The notes below the pieces were generated by a model that saw only the letters and a program-made list of their open reading frames with translations, had not been told where the DNA came from and did not search any database. 64,000 nt of DNA from assembly GCA_965113315.1 (NCBI GenBank), contig OZ220365.1, one strand, 5' to 3'. The position numbers and the translations under genes are program-made. The DNA is from Podarcis vaucheri (taxonomy: Eukaryota). This document shows positions 12,037-23,039 of the stretch, one piece after another; position 1 is the first letter of the stretch; every line of letters begins with the position of its first letter.

Positions 12037-13246
12037 CTGCAACGGGGGAGGGAAGGGGGAAGGCAGTGTGGTGTTAAGATGCTTAGCAGTTCAAGAAAGC
12101 ATGTGAAGCACGCTCCAGATTACAAAAGGCACTAAACGTGACGGGCAAGGATTCCGATTTGACCACAATGGGGGACATTAGAATGGAGAAGGAACCCCAA
12201 CTCATTATGCATTCCCTTTGAATCCAACCACTTTTTTTTTTTTTAAATAGAGATCTAAAACCTCGCAGGTTCAGAACAATGTCGCTTTCTCAAATCCTAT
12301 TAAAGATGTGATACACGAAATCGCCGGGGAGGAAGAAGTAAGCCAAGGACGGGGGGCGCTTACCTGCAGCGGCGCAGCGTCGGCTCTACTCTGGGGCAAA
12401 CTTTGTGGTGACTACTGCCCTCCGTGGTGGTGTTTTTGCAATTAAAGGGCCCCTGCCTCAAATCAAGCATCTTGGGGACTGGGATTTGCTAAGGGAGCTG
12501 GGAATTGCAGTTCAGTGGCGGGTCAGGGGGAGAGGGTCCCTTCCGCGTCTGGGTGCCGCGCGGGCCCCTTTGCGCCAAGACGCGCGTCGCGGCGCAGCCT
12601 TCCCGGTCTCCCTCCCCGGCCCGGCTAGCCCCGACGCAGCTTCTTTCTGGCGCGAGGAGGGGGCTTCTTTCTGGCGCGGGGAGGGGGTGCCTCTGGGGCC
12701 AGTGCGTCGCCGGCCTCCGGCGCGGGTGGGCGGGCCTCGTCGGGGCGGGTGGGCGGTCTTGGCGCGCAGGCACTAGAGCGCAGGTGGCTCCGGCTGGGCG
12801 CTTCCTTCGCCGCCGGTGGCGCCGCGTTTGGCGGGCTGCGCGCGTCCAGACAGCGACCCGAGCCTGGGCTGCGTGGCGCTTGGTGCCGGAGCCTCCGCCC
12901 GCAGCGCCCCGTCGGGAGACCCGGCCGGAAGGAGCCTCGAGCCGGCTGTCCGACGCGGCTGAAGCAGCCAGGGCGGCATGGCAGGCGGCGGCTCCTCGGC
13001 GACTCCACGCGGCCAGCCCAGCGCGCTGGCCGAGCCCCGCAGGCGAACGCTGCCCGTCGGTGAGGAGGGGTTGCCTGGCCTGATGCGCGGGGACCGCGGC
13101 GAGCGCTGAGAGCCGCTGCCAGCTCGTCGGGGCTCTGCTACAGCCTGCGCCCGAGACTCCAGAGGCAGCGAGCGCGCCCCCCCCCCAGAAGTTGCGCCTG
13201 GTGTGGCCGGCCTCCCCTGCACCCCCCATGCTACGCCACTGCTTAC

Positions 13247-13594
13247 CTGTAATGACAGGATGCTGATGTCTGTGTTTAAGGTGGTCAGCGGGGTCCTGGA
13301 GGAAGAGTTTTGTCCCGGTCTCTGGTGATGGAGGCTGACGATGCTGGGGTGCGTGTCCAGAGCGATCTGCAGGTCTAGAATATAGTCGATAACGTGCTGC
13401 AGGATTTCCATCTTGCTGACTTTCTTGTTCTGCGGGATGCTGGGCACCAGCTCTTTGAGCTTGGAGTAGCAGTCGTTCATGTTGTACAGCAAACTCATCG
13501 GGTCGTCCACCGGGGTTTTGCTCCGGGATATCCCCAAGCTGTGCTCCGAGAGGCTGTTTTTCTGCACGGACCGCACCGGACTGAACGCTTTCAT
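13247..13594 (-). CDS. ID2: ID2 coding exon 1 (116 aa): HLH inhibitor of DNA binding 2
   Basis: [76 protein letters not shown]...[17 protein letters not shown]: HLH without basic region, CDK site SPVR, D-box [11 protein letters not shown]; Kozak ACCAACATG. Confidence 0.98.
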
Positions 13595-13756
13595 GTTGGT
13601 GGAAAGAAGAGAGCAAGAGAGCCGGCTTTGCCTTTTTGGAGACGAAACGCAAAAAACGCACGCGCCGCAGGGAGGAAATGGCTCTCGCGTCTCTTCTCTC
13701 CGTGCTGCCGCCTCCTCCTCCTCCTCCTGCTCTTTGCAGCTGCCCGATCTGCGCTC

Positions 13757-13845
13757 AGAATGAAGCCGAAGGCACCTCGTTCCTGCTTTTATACCGCACG
13801 TCCAGCAGCTGACAAATCCAGGCTGGCCGCGCTGCGATTGGGCAC
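13757..13845 (-). promoter_or_regulatory. ID2: ID2 core promoter: CCAAT (13841..13837), TATAAAA (13793..13787), Inr TTCATTCT (TSS about 13761)
   Basis: TATA-to-Inr spacing about 32 nt; adjacent CAGCTG and CACGTC E-box-like motifs; GGCGCC at 13884..13889. Confidence 0.8.
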
Positions 13846-16800
13846 CCTGGACACGTCCGTCAGGCGCGCAGGCACTTCTCACTGGCGCCCAGGCAGCTGA
13901 AGAGAAGGCTCGGGCCTTCCGCGTTCGCAGCCAATCCTGGCAGAGCGGGGTGGGCCCCCCCCCAGCACAGCTGTGGGTAGTAAATACTGCACAGGCAAGA
14001 GCCGAGCCTGGAGTCAAACCGAGAGCATTCCGAGGGAGAGGAAGGCGCGGAAAGGGCTGCTCTTTGCAGCTTGGTTCCCAAGAGGCAGGCCTGAGAAAAG
14101 AACGCAAGAAGAGCCCCGCAGGATCCGGCCAACGAGATTCCATCCTGCTCTCACAGTGGCTGTGGCTACCTCACTCTTCCTGCGTGTCAACTGGACATAG
14201 GATGCATCATATACAGTTGTCACCATGAGTGTAACAAGTTAGTTTTCTTCCATGGACGGGCCACAGAGTTAGTATTATTATATATATTTTTAAAGAACCG
14301 GCAAGAGTGGTTTTTAGATGCATTGCCTACCAAAAAGGGAACATACAAGTTCTTTTTATAAGCAAACCAAACAGCAGTGATAGTAACTTCCAGCCTTCTC
14401 TGGCAGTCTGTTTCAAGCCTGATTGGCCCAAGACTTGCAATCACAGATTACTTATTTTGAAGCAGTTCCCTTGAGATATGTGTGTGTGTGTGATCTCACT
14501 CACGGTCAGATACTGTAATTATTTGGCTAAAACAACTGAATAGTTTATTTGTGGCTATTTTAGTGAAAAGACATCATTAGATGCTGGAAGCTGAGGCACC
14601 GCGGGGGGGGGGTTTAACTGTAACCCAGTCAAGCACATCTGTCAAACATTCGAGGCTTAAATGGAACTGTTCCCTCTCTGCCAGCGGTGCAGAAATCCAG
14701 AAGTTTTCGAGGTGATGGAGTTGCTTAGTTTCGCAAGTACGCTAGCTAAGCGACGCTATAAATTTCAGAGCGTTAGGCTAACGTGCATATGTAGTACCCA
14801 TAGACATATATTGTTCATGTAAGACTCCTGCTTGTGCCCCTTTAATGTATATATGGCATTTAAATAGATATAAATGAATCATAGGACAAATATGAATGCC
14901 TTACTTTATTTGGATGTGTGAAGCTTTTCTTGAAGATAACTATGGCGGAAGCCTGCTCAAAACAAATCACTACACCATACAGATCATTATGACATGGCGG
15001 ATTGTCACTGAAAATAAATATACCTCCAGTAAACATTAGATTCAGGGGTGAATGGGTGGTTTTGAGGTTATTTGCAATATCTATGCTGCCTATAATGCAA
15101 TGTGTGTGTGTGTATACACATACACAACTATATATGCTGTACTTTGAAATTAGCTTTGAGGGAGATTACTTGCGCAGGTAAGATCAGACATTGGCACCTC
15201 TGCCTTTTGACCTCTCTGGGCTACTGGAAGGTCTTCAGGTTTTGCTATCCCTCATGTTCCTTCTCCCACTTTTTTGCCTTTCGATCCAGCTCATAATTTG
15301 TGAGCAACTCTCTCCCATAATGAGTACAGGTGGTGCTCCTCCCCTATATATCTTTTTTGTTGTTGTTAAAAAAAAGATGTGGATTGTTAACATCCCAATG
15401 ACATTTCCTCATGTGGCGTTGTTGTTTGTAAACGTTCTTTTCCCACCCTGCAAGGGAAATAAAATTGCACTCCACGCAAGTGGCTGTAATCACTGAGTGC
15501 CAGCTTACATGTTCTTGGAAAGGAACATAATAGGTTGAAGGGCAGTAGCTGCTTCCACCAACCAACCAAGATATGACCCTGGACTTGCTCTCGCTCAACC
15601 CTTTCCCCACTTCTTCCTCCTCCCCAAGGTATGTGGCTTCTCTGCCACAAGACTACACTTACATTCCTAATCAGGGTACCTGGGTACAGAGCATGGGCGT
15701 GGCCAGGGGGACAGGCTTTTTGTTGGGGGGGGCAGAATTGAGTTATCTGCAACACAATTGGCCAATGATGAAGTATTTTTATTTATTTACTTGATTTAGG
15801 GGGGCACCTGCTCCCCATCTACGCCCATAATGCCGAGTTATAGCACAGGTTCGGTGTTTAGCATCCCCAGCCAAGGCTGAAAAACCTTGGAGGATGGCTG
15901 CCAGTAGACAATGCAGGACAAGGTGGACTAAGGAACTGACCTGGTAGTGTTTCCTGTGTACTTCGCCACTCATTTAATTGAAGCTTTACTATGCCTTATG
16001 CTAAAGAAAAGATTAATTGACCCTGTAATGCTATGCAGATAATATGGAAGTTCTACCGAAGAGTTCTCAGTAAGAAGCACAGGGCTGCACTTTAAAACTG
16101 CAATCCAGCTGTTAGGCTACTTAAATCCAGTGGAAGGCCATGATCCATGCAGCATGACCCCTAAGTATGCTTACTCAGAAGTAAATGAGCTCAGTGAGAG
16201 TTGCTACTTAACAAGAGTGCTTTTGAGACTTCAGCCTTAAGCAACATGCAAGATCACAGCCGTATCTTTTAGCAACAAAATAATGTTCATGACAGTTTTA
16301 TTTCTTAAATACGTATGATGGCTAGTAAAAAAACCCACATGATTTTGCCCCCAATGACTTAACCCCCACAATATTTCCTTATGATTAGCTGATTTCTTAG
16401 CCTATGTTTGAGGTCTTCTGAGATACATTTCTCTGGCTATGTCAGACTTCATCACTTCATGTTTTTATTTCAGACGAGACTGTATGCAAATTGAACAGAC
16501 ATTTATCACGGGTTTGTTACTGTATGCTCAGGGAAAAAAATAATAACCAAGAACATTCATAGGTAGGGAAAGATAAAAAAGATAAAAAAAGAAAGATAAA
16601 AAAACAGGTAGGCTGGCAGGATATACTGCAGTCACTTTGAAATACAGAGGAAAGCATCTTAAACAGAAGGCCAAAACCGTTGTTAAAGCCATACTAATTT
16701 GGCACATGACATTTATGATGCTTAAATCTCTTCCACTGATGCTTAAATCTCTTCCACTGAAATCAGTGCTAGAGAAGAACTTAATTGTGGATGGACACCC

Positions 16801-18047
16801 TTTGATAAAAATTACTTTAGTATACATTTACCACTTCCACTACCAAATGTACAGAATTACTATTGTATTAACCTTTGTAAGCAATTCATTGCTATAAATA
16901 CTTTTGAAGTGTTGCTGTGCTTGAGGCGAACCACGGGCTATGTTATCTTCTCAAGCATTTTCTTTTCCGTTGGAAGCCACTTTAATATCCAATTGTATTT
17001 TATTGAGAAACTGTGCACTAGTGTTCTCCAGAAACTAAGCTGTCACGTGCATGCTTATTCAGAAGTCGTGGTGTATTCAGAGGGGTTTATTTTCATTGCA
17101 ACCTAAATCTAAACTAGATTGTACAGCTCTGCAAGCCTATTTGCATTCCAGCGCTCCGGTTCAATGCTCGATTGTTTCTACCTCATCAAGCTAGGTTGGG
17201 TACAATCCTAGCCATAGGTCTGCTGGGATGAGTTAAGATGCAGCGGATATTTGGCTCAGCATACTAAATCCCAGCTCAGCTGGGCTATGCTGGCAGCAAG
17301 TCCCCAACCCCAACTCAGTTGGAGATATGCCAGCCTCAAGTCAACTGAGCTGAGACCAGTGAAACTTCTGCTGGAGTAAGCTCTGAAAAATGGCCGTTCC
17401 AGGAGAGTGGAATCGTGCCGGATTTTTTTAAGCTGTATCCTAACTCTGTTCAGCTTGGTCATGTGGCGTGGCAACCTGCCAGAATTTAGGAGCCTGGCAA
17501 AAAGTGTGGTGGAAGTCAAACTCTGTTAAAGGCTTGTTTTTCTCTGCCAGGTTTAGGCCAACGCAAATGGCAATAGCCCTGATTTGGATCAGATCCGGTG
17601 GTTTGCACTAGCTTAACTTTTAAGCCAGAGTTATTCGTGCTGGCTTCCCATACTCAGGAGACTGCTTCCTTATTTGCAAAATAAGGCACAAGAGATGGGA
17701 AAAGGCCCCCAAATCCTTGTGTGGTGTCCTGAAGACTAAAATCAGTGCATTCCGAGAACGTCCTCTTTAGGGCTCTGAAACGTATTGGAAGCTGGAATAA
17801 GAAGTCCTTTCTAATAATGGCTTCGGAGTTAAATTGGTTGGGAATTCATACAGTTTGTTTAGGGCCTGATGTAAAAGCCGCCCATCCAAGTGGCAGAGCC
17901 CGGTAACACTTCCCCTCTCGGCTCTCCTGTCGCAGGAAAGAGAACAGTCCGCTTGAGGAAAAAGTGTTTGAGCCACCTTTGAGGGCGAGGACGAGGCATG
18001 GGAGCCGTCTCTGTATGCAATGGGTGCCCATCTTCCTCTTGAGGAGA

Positions 18048-18252
18048 GTGAGCCCATGACTCTTAACCTCAGGGTCTCGGGTTCACGCAGGCAAAGAGAT
18101 CCCAGCCTAGTAGGGGGTTGGTGCATAGCTGTCAACTTTTCCCTTTTCTTGCGAGGAATCCTATTCGGAATAAGGGAATTTCCCTTTGAAAAAAGGGAAA
18201 CGTTGACAGCTATGGGTTGGTATAGATGACTCTTGGGGTCCCTTCCAACTCA
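18048..18252 (+). mobile_element. Degenerate tRNA-Lys/CR1-tail SINE interrupted by a hAT MITE
   Basis: CATGACTCTTAACCTCAGGGTCTCGGGTTC (tRNA-Lys CTT-like), then GGGGGTTGG..TAGATGACTCTTGGGGTCCCTTCCAACTC (CR1 tail). Confidence 0.6.
18124..18214. mobile_element. hAT MITE of about 90 bp (TIR CATAGCTGTCAAC)
   Basis: 13-bp perfect TIR; 8-bp TSD GGTTGGTG/GGTTGGTA; copies at 30558 and 61567. Confidence 0.9.
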
Positions 18253-18399
18253 AATACCCGCCTCTGGTTCCTTTTACAGGGGCCGGCGGAGGTACACAAT
18301 TGGAGGGGGGGTGAGAAAAAAGAGAGGCTGTTTCTCCTGTTTCTTGCAAGGGGGGAGAGGGCTAAGTGTGCAAAGAATCTCGGTTAGGAGCTCCTGCGC

Positions 18400-19125
18400 C
18401 TCAAAAAAGGGGTGGCGGGGGAAAGCCCCTCAGCCCGGCCTCTCTCTTCACGACCCACTTCCTTTCACCCCCCCCCGATAAGTGAGCAATAAAAAGGACG
18501 CCCCGCCCCCTCCCTCCCTCCGAATCCATGCCTCCTGCACCTGGGCTGGCACGGGCAGCAAGCGGCGGCTGCAGAGGGGGCTTCCCCTAGCGCCGCCGTG
18601 CGCGCCCCAGCCGAGCGCCTCCTTCCTCCTCCTGCTCCCTTCCCGCTCCTCCGGGCAGGCCTCCCACCGCCTGCCTTCCCTCCCTCCCTCCTTCCTTCCC
18701 ACCCAGAGGCCGGGCCCGACTCGGCGGCGCCAGCCCCGTGACGTCGCTCCCCCGCTGCCTGCCCTCCCTCCCGGTCCAGGCCGGCGGCGCCTCTCAGGCG
18801 GCTGCCATGGAGACCGGGGCTCGGCCCGGGGCTGGGGGAGGCTGCAAAAGGCGGGGCCCGGCCCGGCCCAGGCTTTGGCAGCCGCGGCGCGCTTTTTTCT
18901 CACCCGCACCTGCAGTGCAGCTCGCGCTCTCCTTCCCACCCCCCCACCCCGCCTTCTCTTGCTTGTTCTTTGCAACGGTGTGTTGGTGCGCGCGCGCGGA
19001 AGGAGCGAAGCGGGCCCGGGAGGCTTTCCTTCTGCGGACGCAGCGCGCAGAGAGAGAGAGACACCGCTCGCCGCTACTCTGCGCCGCCGCAACACGGTTG
19101 CACCCCTAAACTGCTTCCGTGGCTG
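18400..19125. promoter_or_regulatory. Upstream CpG island, candidate ID2 BMP-responsive enhancer (about 5 kb upstream)
   Basis: GGCGCC at 18726 and 18786 flanking a CRE-like TGACGTCG at 18739, followed by GCCATGG (YY1-like) and AGAC; layout like the ID1/ID2 BMP enhancers. Confidence 0.7.
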
Positions 19126-20330
19126 GGATATTTTCCTAGTCCCGTGATAATTTCTGTCACAGGTTACACAGGCATTTGCGTGTATATATGTGTCCAATAT
19201 AAGGATCATGGAAATTTATTTTTTTCGCGTGTGTGGGGTGGGGAGTTGAATAATGGTGACTTTCGCGGATGTTTGAAAAGTTTCCTGATCCCCAATCCAT
19301 TTTGGGCGCACTCTCCAAAATCCTAAAGACACTCAAAAGAAAGGGAGGGGTATTAAAAGCAGGTCTATGTAACTTAAGGTTACACGGAACAATAGAATTG
19401 TAGAGTCGGAAGGGAGCCTGAGGATCATCTAGCGCAGCCCCCCCTCCACAACGCAGGCGTTATCAGCACCAGGCTGATATAGGTAACCAGCTACCTATAG
19501 ATTTAATTGCAAGGCTGCCACAAGGGGTTCTGCTTTCTTAGGAACATGTTACCTGGATGAATGATTAAGGTTGAAGTCGTTGCTTCGCGGGGTTCACAAA
19601 CCTCTCTCAACACTCTAATGGGGAGTGGCTTTAATGTGGAAACAGCCGAATGACGGGGATGAAGCACTCATTTTTTAAAAAACAAAAGCGGGGTGGGGGG
19701 TTGCAAACTCAAAACCAGTTCTTATAGTGCCGCAACAATGCAATGCAAAGGTGTTGTTATTAGAACCTGCAGGATCCCAGCATTTTCTGGTTCTTGACAG
19801 AATCCCACGTGCTTGTGTTTCGAGTCGCTACACGCGCTTACCTGGAGAAAGGTTTGCTTGCGCATGTATTCATGCCATAGAATTTGCACTGTAAATACAG
19901 TAGATCGAGAATGGCACAGGGCAGTGGTTGGGTGAACCCTGTCCGACTTATAACCAGGGCAGTGGCTTGCAAACTGGGTTTTTTTAATACTGTTGTTTGC
20001 CCATCGCATTGCCCATCTGTTCAAAGAGAGAAGTTTTAGAAAACGGGGGGAGAAGGACAGCTCATGGAGGCGCGCGCACTCTGGCTGGGGAAGGAGAGAG
20101 AGAGAGAGGGGTGCCTGCGAAATATTGCTGCAGAAATCTGTGAAGTGTACTGATCTCGAACAGCATTCCCCCCCCCTTTTTTTTTTCCTTTTTCCTGCTT
20201 CCACAAAGGATTCTGCTGTTACTTTTGTTCCGGTCACAAAACTGGAGCGAGCGAAAGAAATTAACTAGGGAGAGATAAGGTCTGGAAAACAATCTGGAAT
20301 TGCCAGTGTTGGTGGGAGCTCTGCAGGGCT

Positions 20331-20346
20331 GGCGTCAGGAAGTCTG
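20331..20346 (+). promoter_or_regulatory. Smad1/5-Smad4 composite element GGCGTC-N5-GTCTG
   Basis: Exact match to GRCGNC(N5)GTCTG. Confidence 0.65.
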
Positions 20347-20619
20347 CGCCGCCTTCTATTACTGTTGATCCAGCTTTGTGCAGCTGCACTCAGTACAATT
20401 AGCTTGTAGAAACAATCCTGTAGGCAGCCTTTTCCCTTCAAAGCTCTTCTCTGTACTGACCTCTCCTCCCTCCCCCTCCCCGCCCCACTTCCCTCCTTCC
20501 ATTTCCACACACTCACACAAACACACACAAAACACACATACATACGCACCAACCAGCCATCATCATGCTTGAAATCAAGTCACAAGCCGATCACTGTTTG
20601 GGCAACATCATCTGTGGGA

Positions 20620-21530
20620 ATTCATCAAACCCCCCGCGCCCTAGAGATGCAACAAGAGATTGTTTGTCCAGAACTTGCAGCTTAATATTACGATGTAACC
20701 CATACAGAAAAAGAGAAAGGGGAAAGCCGGGCCGGGCTGCGTAACAAGAAACACATTGTGCTCTTTGCTGTTCGCCGCCGCCTCTTGTAACTGGGCGCAG
20801 AGTAGTGGGAAAGGGGCGCAAAGGCACCTTCGAAAACTTCGCCGTCGGAAACAGTTCAGAATTCTCACCATCAACTCAATTGCTTTTATTTTTATTTAAG
20901 GGGTGGTGGTAGAAATAATGCGTCGCTACCAAGTTACATGCACAAGTGGTATCTCCCCCCTCGCCCCGCTTCACTTTGGTGATCTTAGATGTGCAAACTC
21001 GTCCACGCGTGTCTCCCTCGAAGTTTGCTGCTGACTCATTTCCTCTCTTTATATTCCATTTCAATTTTTTATTGCACTGTGCACACCTCCGCCCCCCCGT
21101 CACTTTCCAGCTCCCCTTTTGCCCCTGCACAGCAAAGCCTCTGCTCGAGGTTTCTGGACTCCTCCACGCCGCCTATCCCCGAGGTAACAAGCGCGCCAAC
21201 CGCCCACCCCCACGTCACCCCCCCGCCGGTTTCCCCGCCCTCTGTGTCTCCTCCCTCCGGTTCTGCGGAACACCAGGCGCCGCTGTTGCGAACTCTCCGC
21301 CACACGCCGGTCGCGTGCTGCTCTGCGTAAACTTTGCCGGTGGCTCCAGTTCCGCGACGGGGAGGGGAGGCGGACCAGGCCGCGGCTTCCTCGGCGAGCA
21401 GCAGACGCCTGCGTCGCCCGAGCGGATGCACGGCTGACGGGCAGAGAAGAGCCAGATGTGTGTGCAGGGTGTGTGTGTAAATTTGCAAGAGAAACCCCGG
21501 GTTTCGTATTAAACCGCGGCGCTTTTCGTT
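20620..21530. promoter_or_regulatory. Third CpG-rich island upstream of ID2
   Basis: High CpG density, no recognisable TE or protein. Confidence 0.6.
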
Positions 21531-21835
21531 TCTAAAGGTTTGGCTGCCCTGCAGAAAAAGAAGCAAGGTTCAGATGCAGAATATGTTGATGTTTTGTTAC
21601 TGCTGTTTGCGGTAACTTGAGATCTCCAATGTTTTCCCCCCCTCCCCATTTATCATAGACAATCTTTATTCGAGGCAGAGTGAACCAGTACTTTACCAGA
21701 ACGCTTTAGAAAATGGATACCAAAACGAAAAACCTTCTTATCATAAGGGCCAATGTCCCTTCACCTCCCCCCCAATAAAGCATTTGAGGGGGCCAGCCCC
21801 CCCCAGTTGATGGGCATTGCCATTTAAATGGTACA

Positions 21836-22223
21836 TTTCCGAGCACAGTTCAAAGTGTTGGTGCTGACCTTTAAAGCCCTAAACGGCCTTGGTCCAGTAT
21901 ATCTGAAGGAGCATCTCCACCCCCATCGTTCTGCCCGGACACTGAGGTCCAGCACCGAGGGCCTTCTGGCGCTTCCCTCCCTGCGAGAAGCCAAGTTACA
22001 GGGAACCAGGCAGAGGGCCTTCTCGGTAGTGGCGCCCTCCCTGTGGAACGCCCTCCCACCAGATGTCAAAGAGAACAACAACTACCAGGCTTTTAGAAGA
22101 CATCTGAAGGCAGCCCTGTTTAGGGAAACTTTTAATGTTTGATTTATTACAGTATTTTAATATTTTTTTGGAAGCTGCCCAGAGTGGCTGGGAAAGCCCA
22201 GATGGGCGGGGTATAAATAATAA

Positions 22224-22257
<34 letters not shown>
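21836..22257 (+). mobile_element. L2 LINE 3' end with (ATT)n tail, inserted in an older MITE related to 43245..43420
   Basis: ORF FKVLVLTFKALNGLGPVYL...RAFSVVAPSLWNALP is the L2 ORF2 C-terminus; microsatellite tail. Confidence 0.9.
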
Positions 22258-23039
22258 GTGTGCCACATCTTGTGATGGATTGTGTGAGGGAGGGCTTACC
22301 TGGACTCCCCCCCATATTTTATTCAAGTTGGCACCCTCGCTTCCTGTACTTTTGAAATGCTGTTTCTCATTTCTGTTTGAGTTGGATCCTGGACATAAAT
22401 TACATTTGAAGAGTAAACCCACTGAAATCTATGGGTCCTACATTGGTCATGGCCAGCTTGAGTCCCATTGGTTTCAGTGGGTCTGCTCAAAGTACGATGA
22501 TGTACGGGATCCAACCATATACATATGCTTTGCTTTTCAGCCTGCAGTAGGCTTTGAGATGCATTTGTGTGTGCCAGCCTTTCTCAACCCGGTGTCTTCC
22601 AGATCTTTTCAAACTCCCAACTCCTATCATGCTGTTGTGTGAGGAGGTGGCACGGCATGGTTTCCCCCCCATATTTAATATCAATGGTGGGAGGTAGTCA
22701 TTTAGGCACAAGGTGTCAGTATGATGATGATGCCCACCTCAATTTCTGCACACGTCTGGAAGTGATGTGTGCATGCGGTCATGGGCTGGTTGAAAGGTAT
22801 TAAATGGTGACTGAAGTCTGACAAGCTCTGGGCATTATGGACGTGCTGCTCCCTGGATCAGGAATTGGGCGGTGTACCAGCTCTGGAGGGGGGGGTACTC
22901 CATCTTATGGAGCAAGTGCCTAGTTTTCGGGTGCTCTTAGATTCATCGCTACAGGTCCACATGACCTCAGTGGCTTGGAACAATTGTTGAATTTGGTTGG
23001 TGCAGTGAGTGCAACTGTTCCTGCACACAGATAGCATTG

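Larger units (their letters stand above)
10704..13761 (-). other. ID2: ID2 gene span: exon 1 about 13761..13247, exon 2 12036..11972, exon 3 11352..about 10704
   Basis: Canonical GT-AG introns (CAG|GTAAGC at 13247/13246, TTGCAG|GCA at 12037/12036, TTG|GTAAGT at 11972/11971, TTTTGCAG|GTG at 11353/11352); three-exon layout with the last intron in the 3' UTR, as in vertebrate ID genes. Confidence 0.93.
12320..14140. promoter_or_regulatory. CpG island covering the ID2 promoter, exon 1 and most of intron 1
   Basis: Very high GC and CpG density compared with the flanks. Confidence 0.85.

Noticed and set aside
12405-14228. Long overlapping ORFs (390 aa, 192 aa, 168 aa and the N-terminal extension of the 456-aa ORF)
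   Set aside because: By-products of the CpG island; Arg/Ala/Gly/Pro-rich with no domain. The true start ATG at 13594 lies downstream of TATA/Inr, and the 456-aa ORF starts upstream of the TSS.
18448-19326. 253-aa, 221-aa and other ORFs in the upstream CpG island
   Set aside because: Open in several frames on both strands, low complexity, no recognisable domain or splice structure.
21402-21418. CAGAC-N6-GTCGCC possible BMP composite element
   Set aside because: Spacer is 6 nt rather than the required 5.
20946-21566. 163-aa and 165-aa ORFs
   Set aside because: Same GC-rich artefact.
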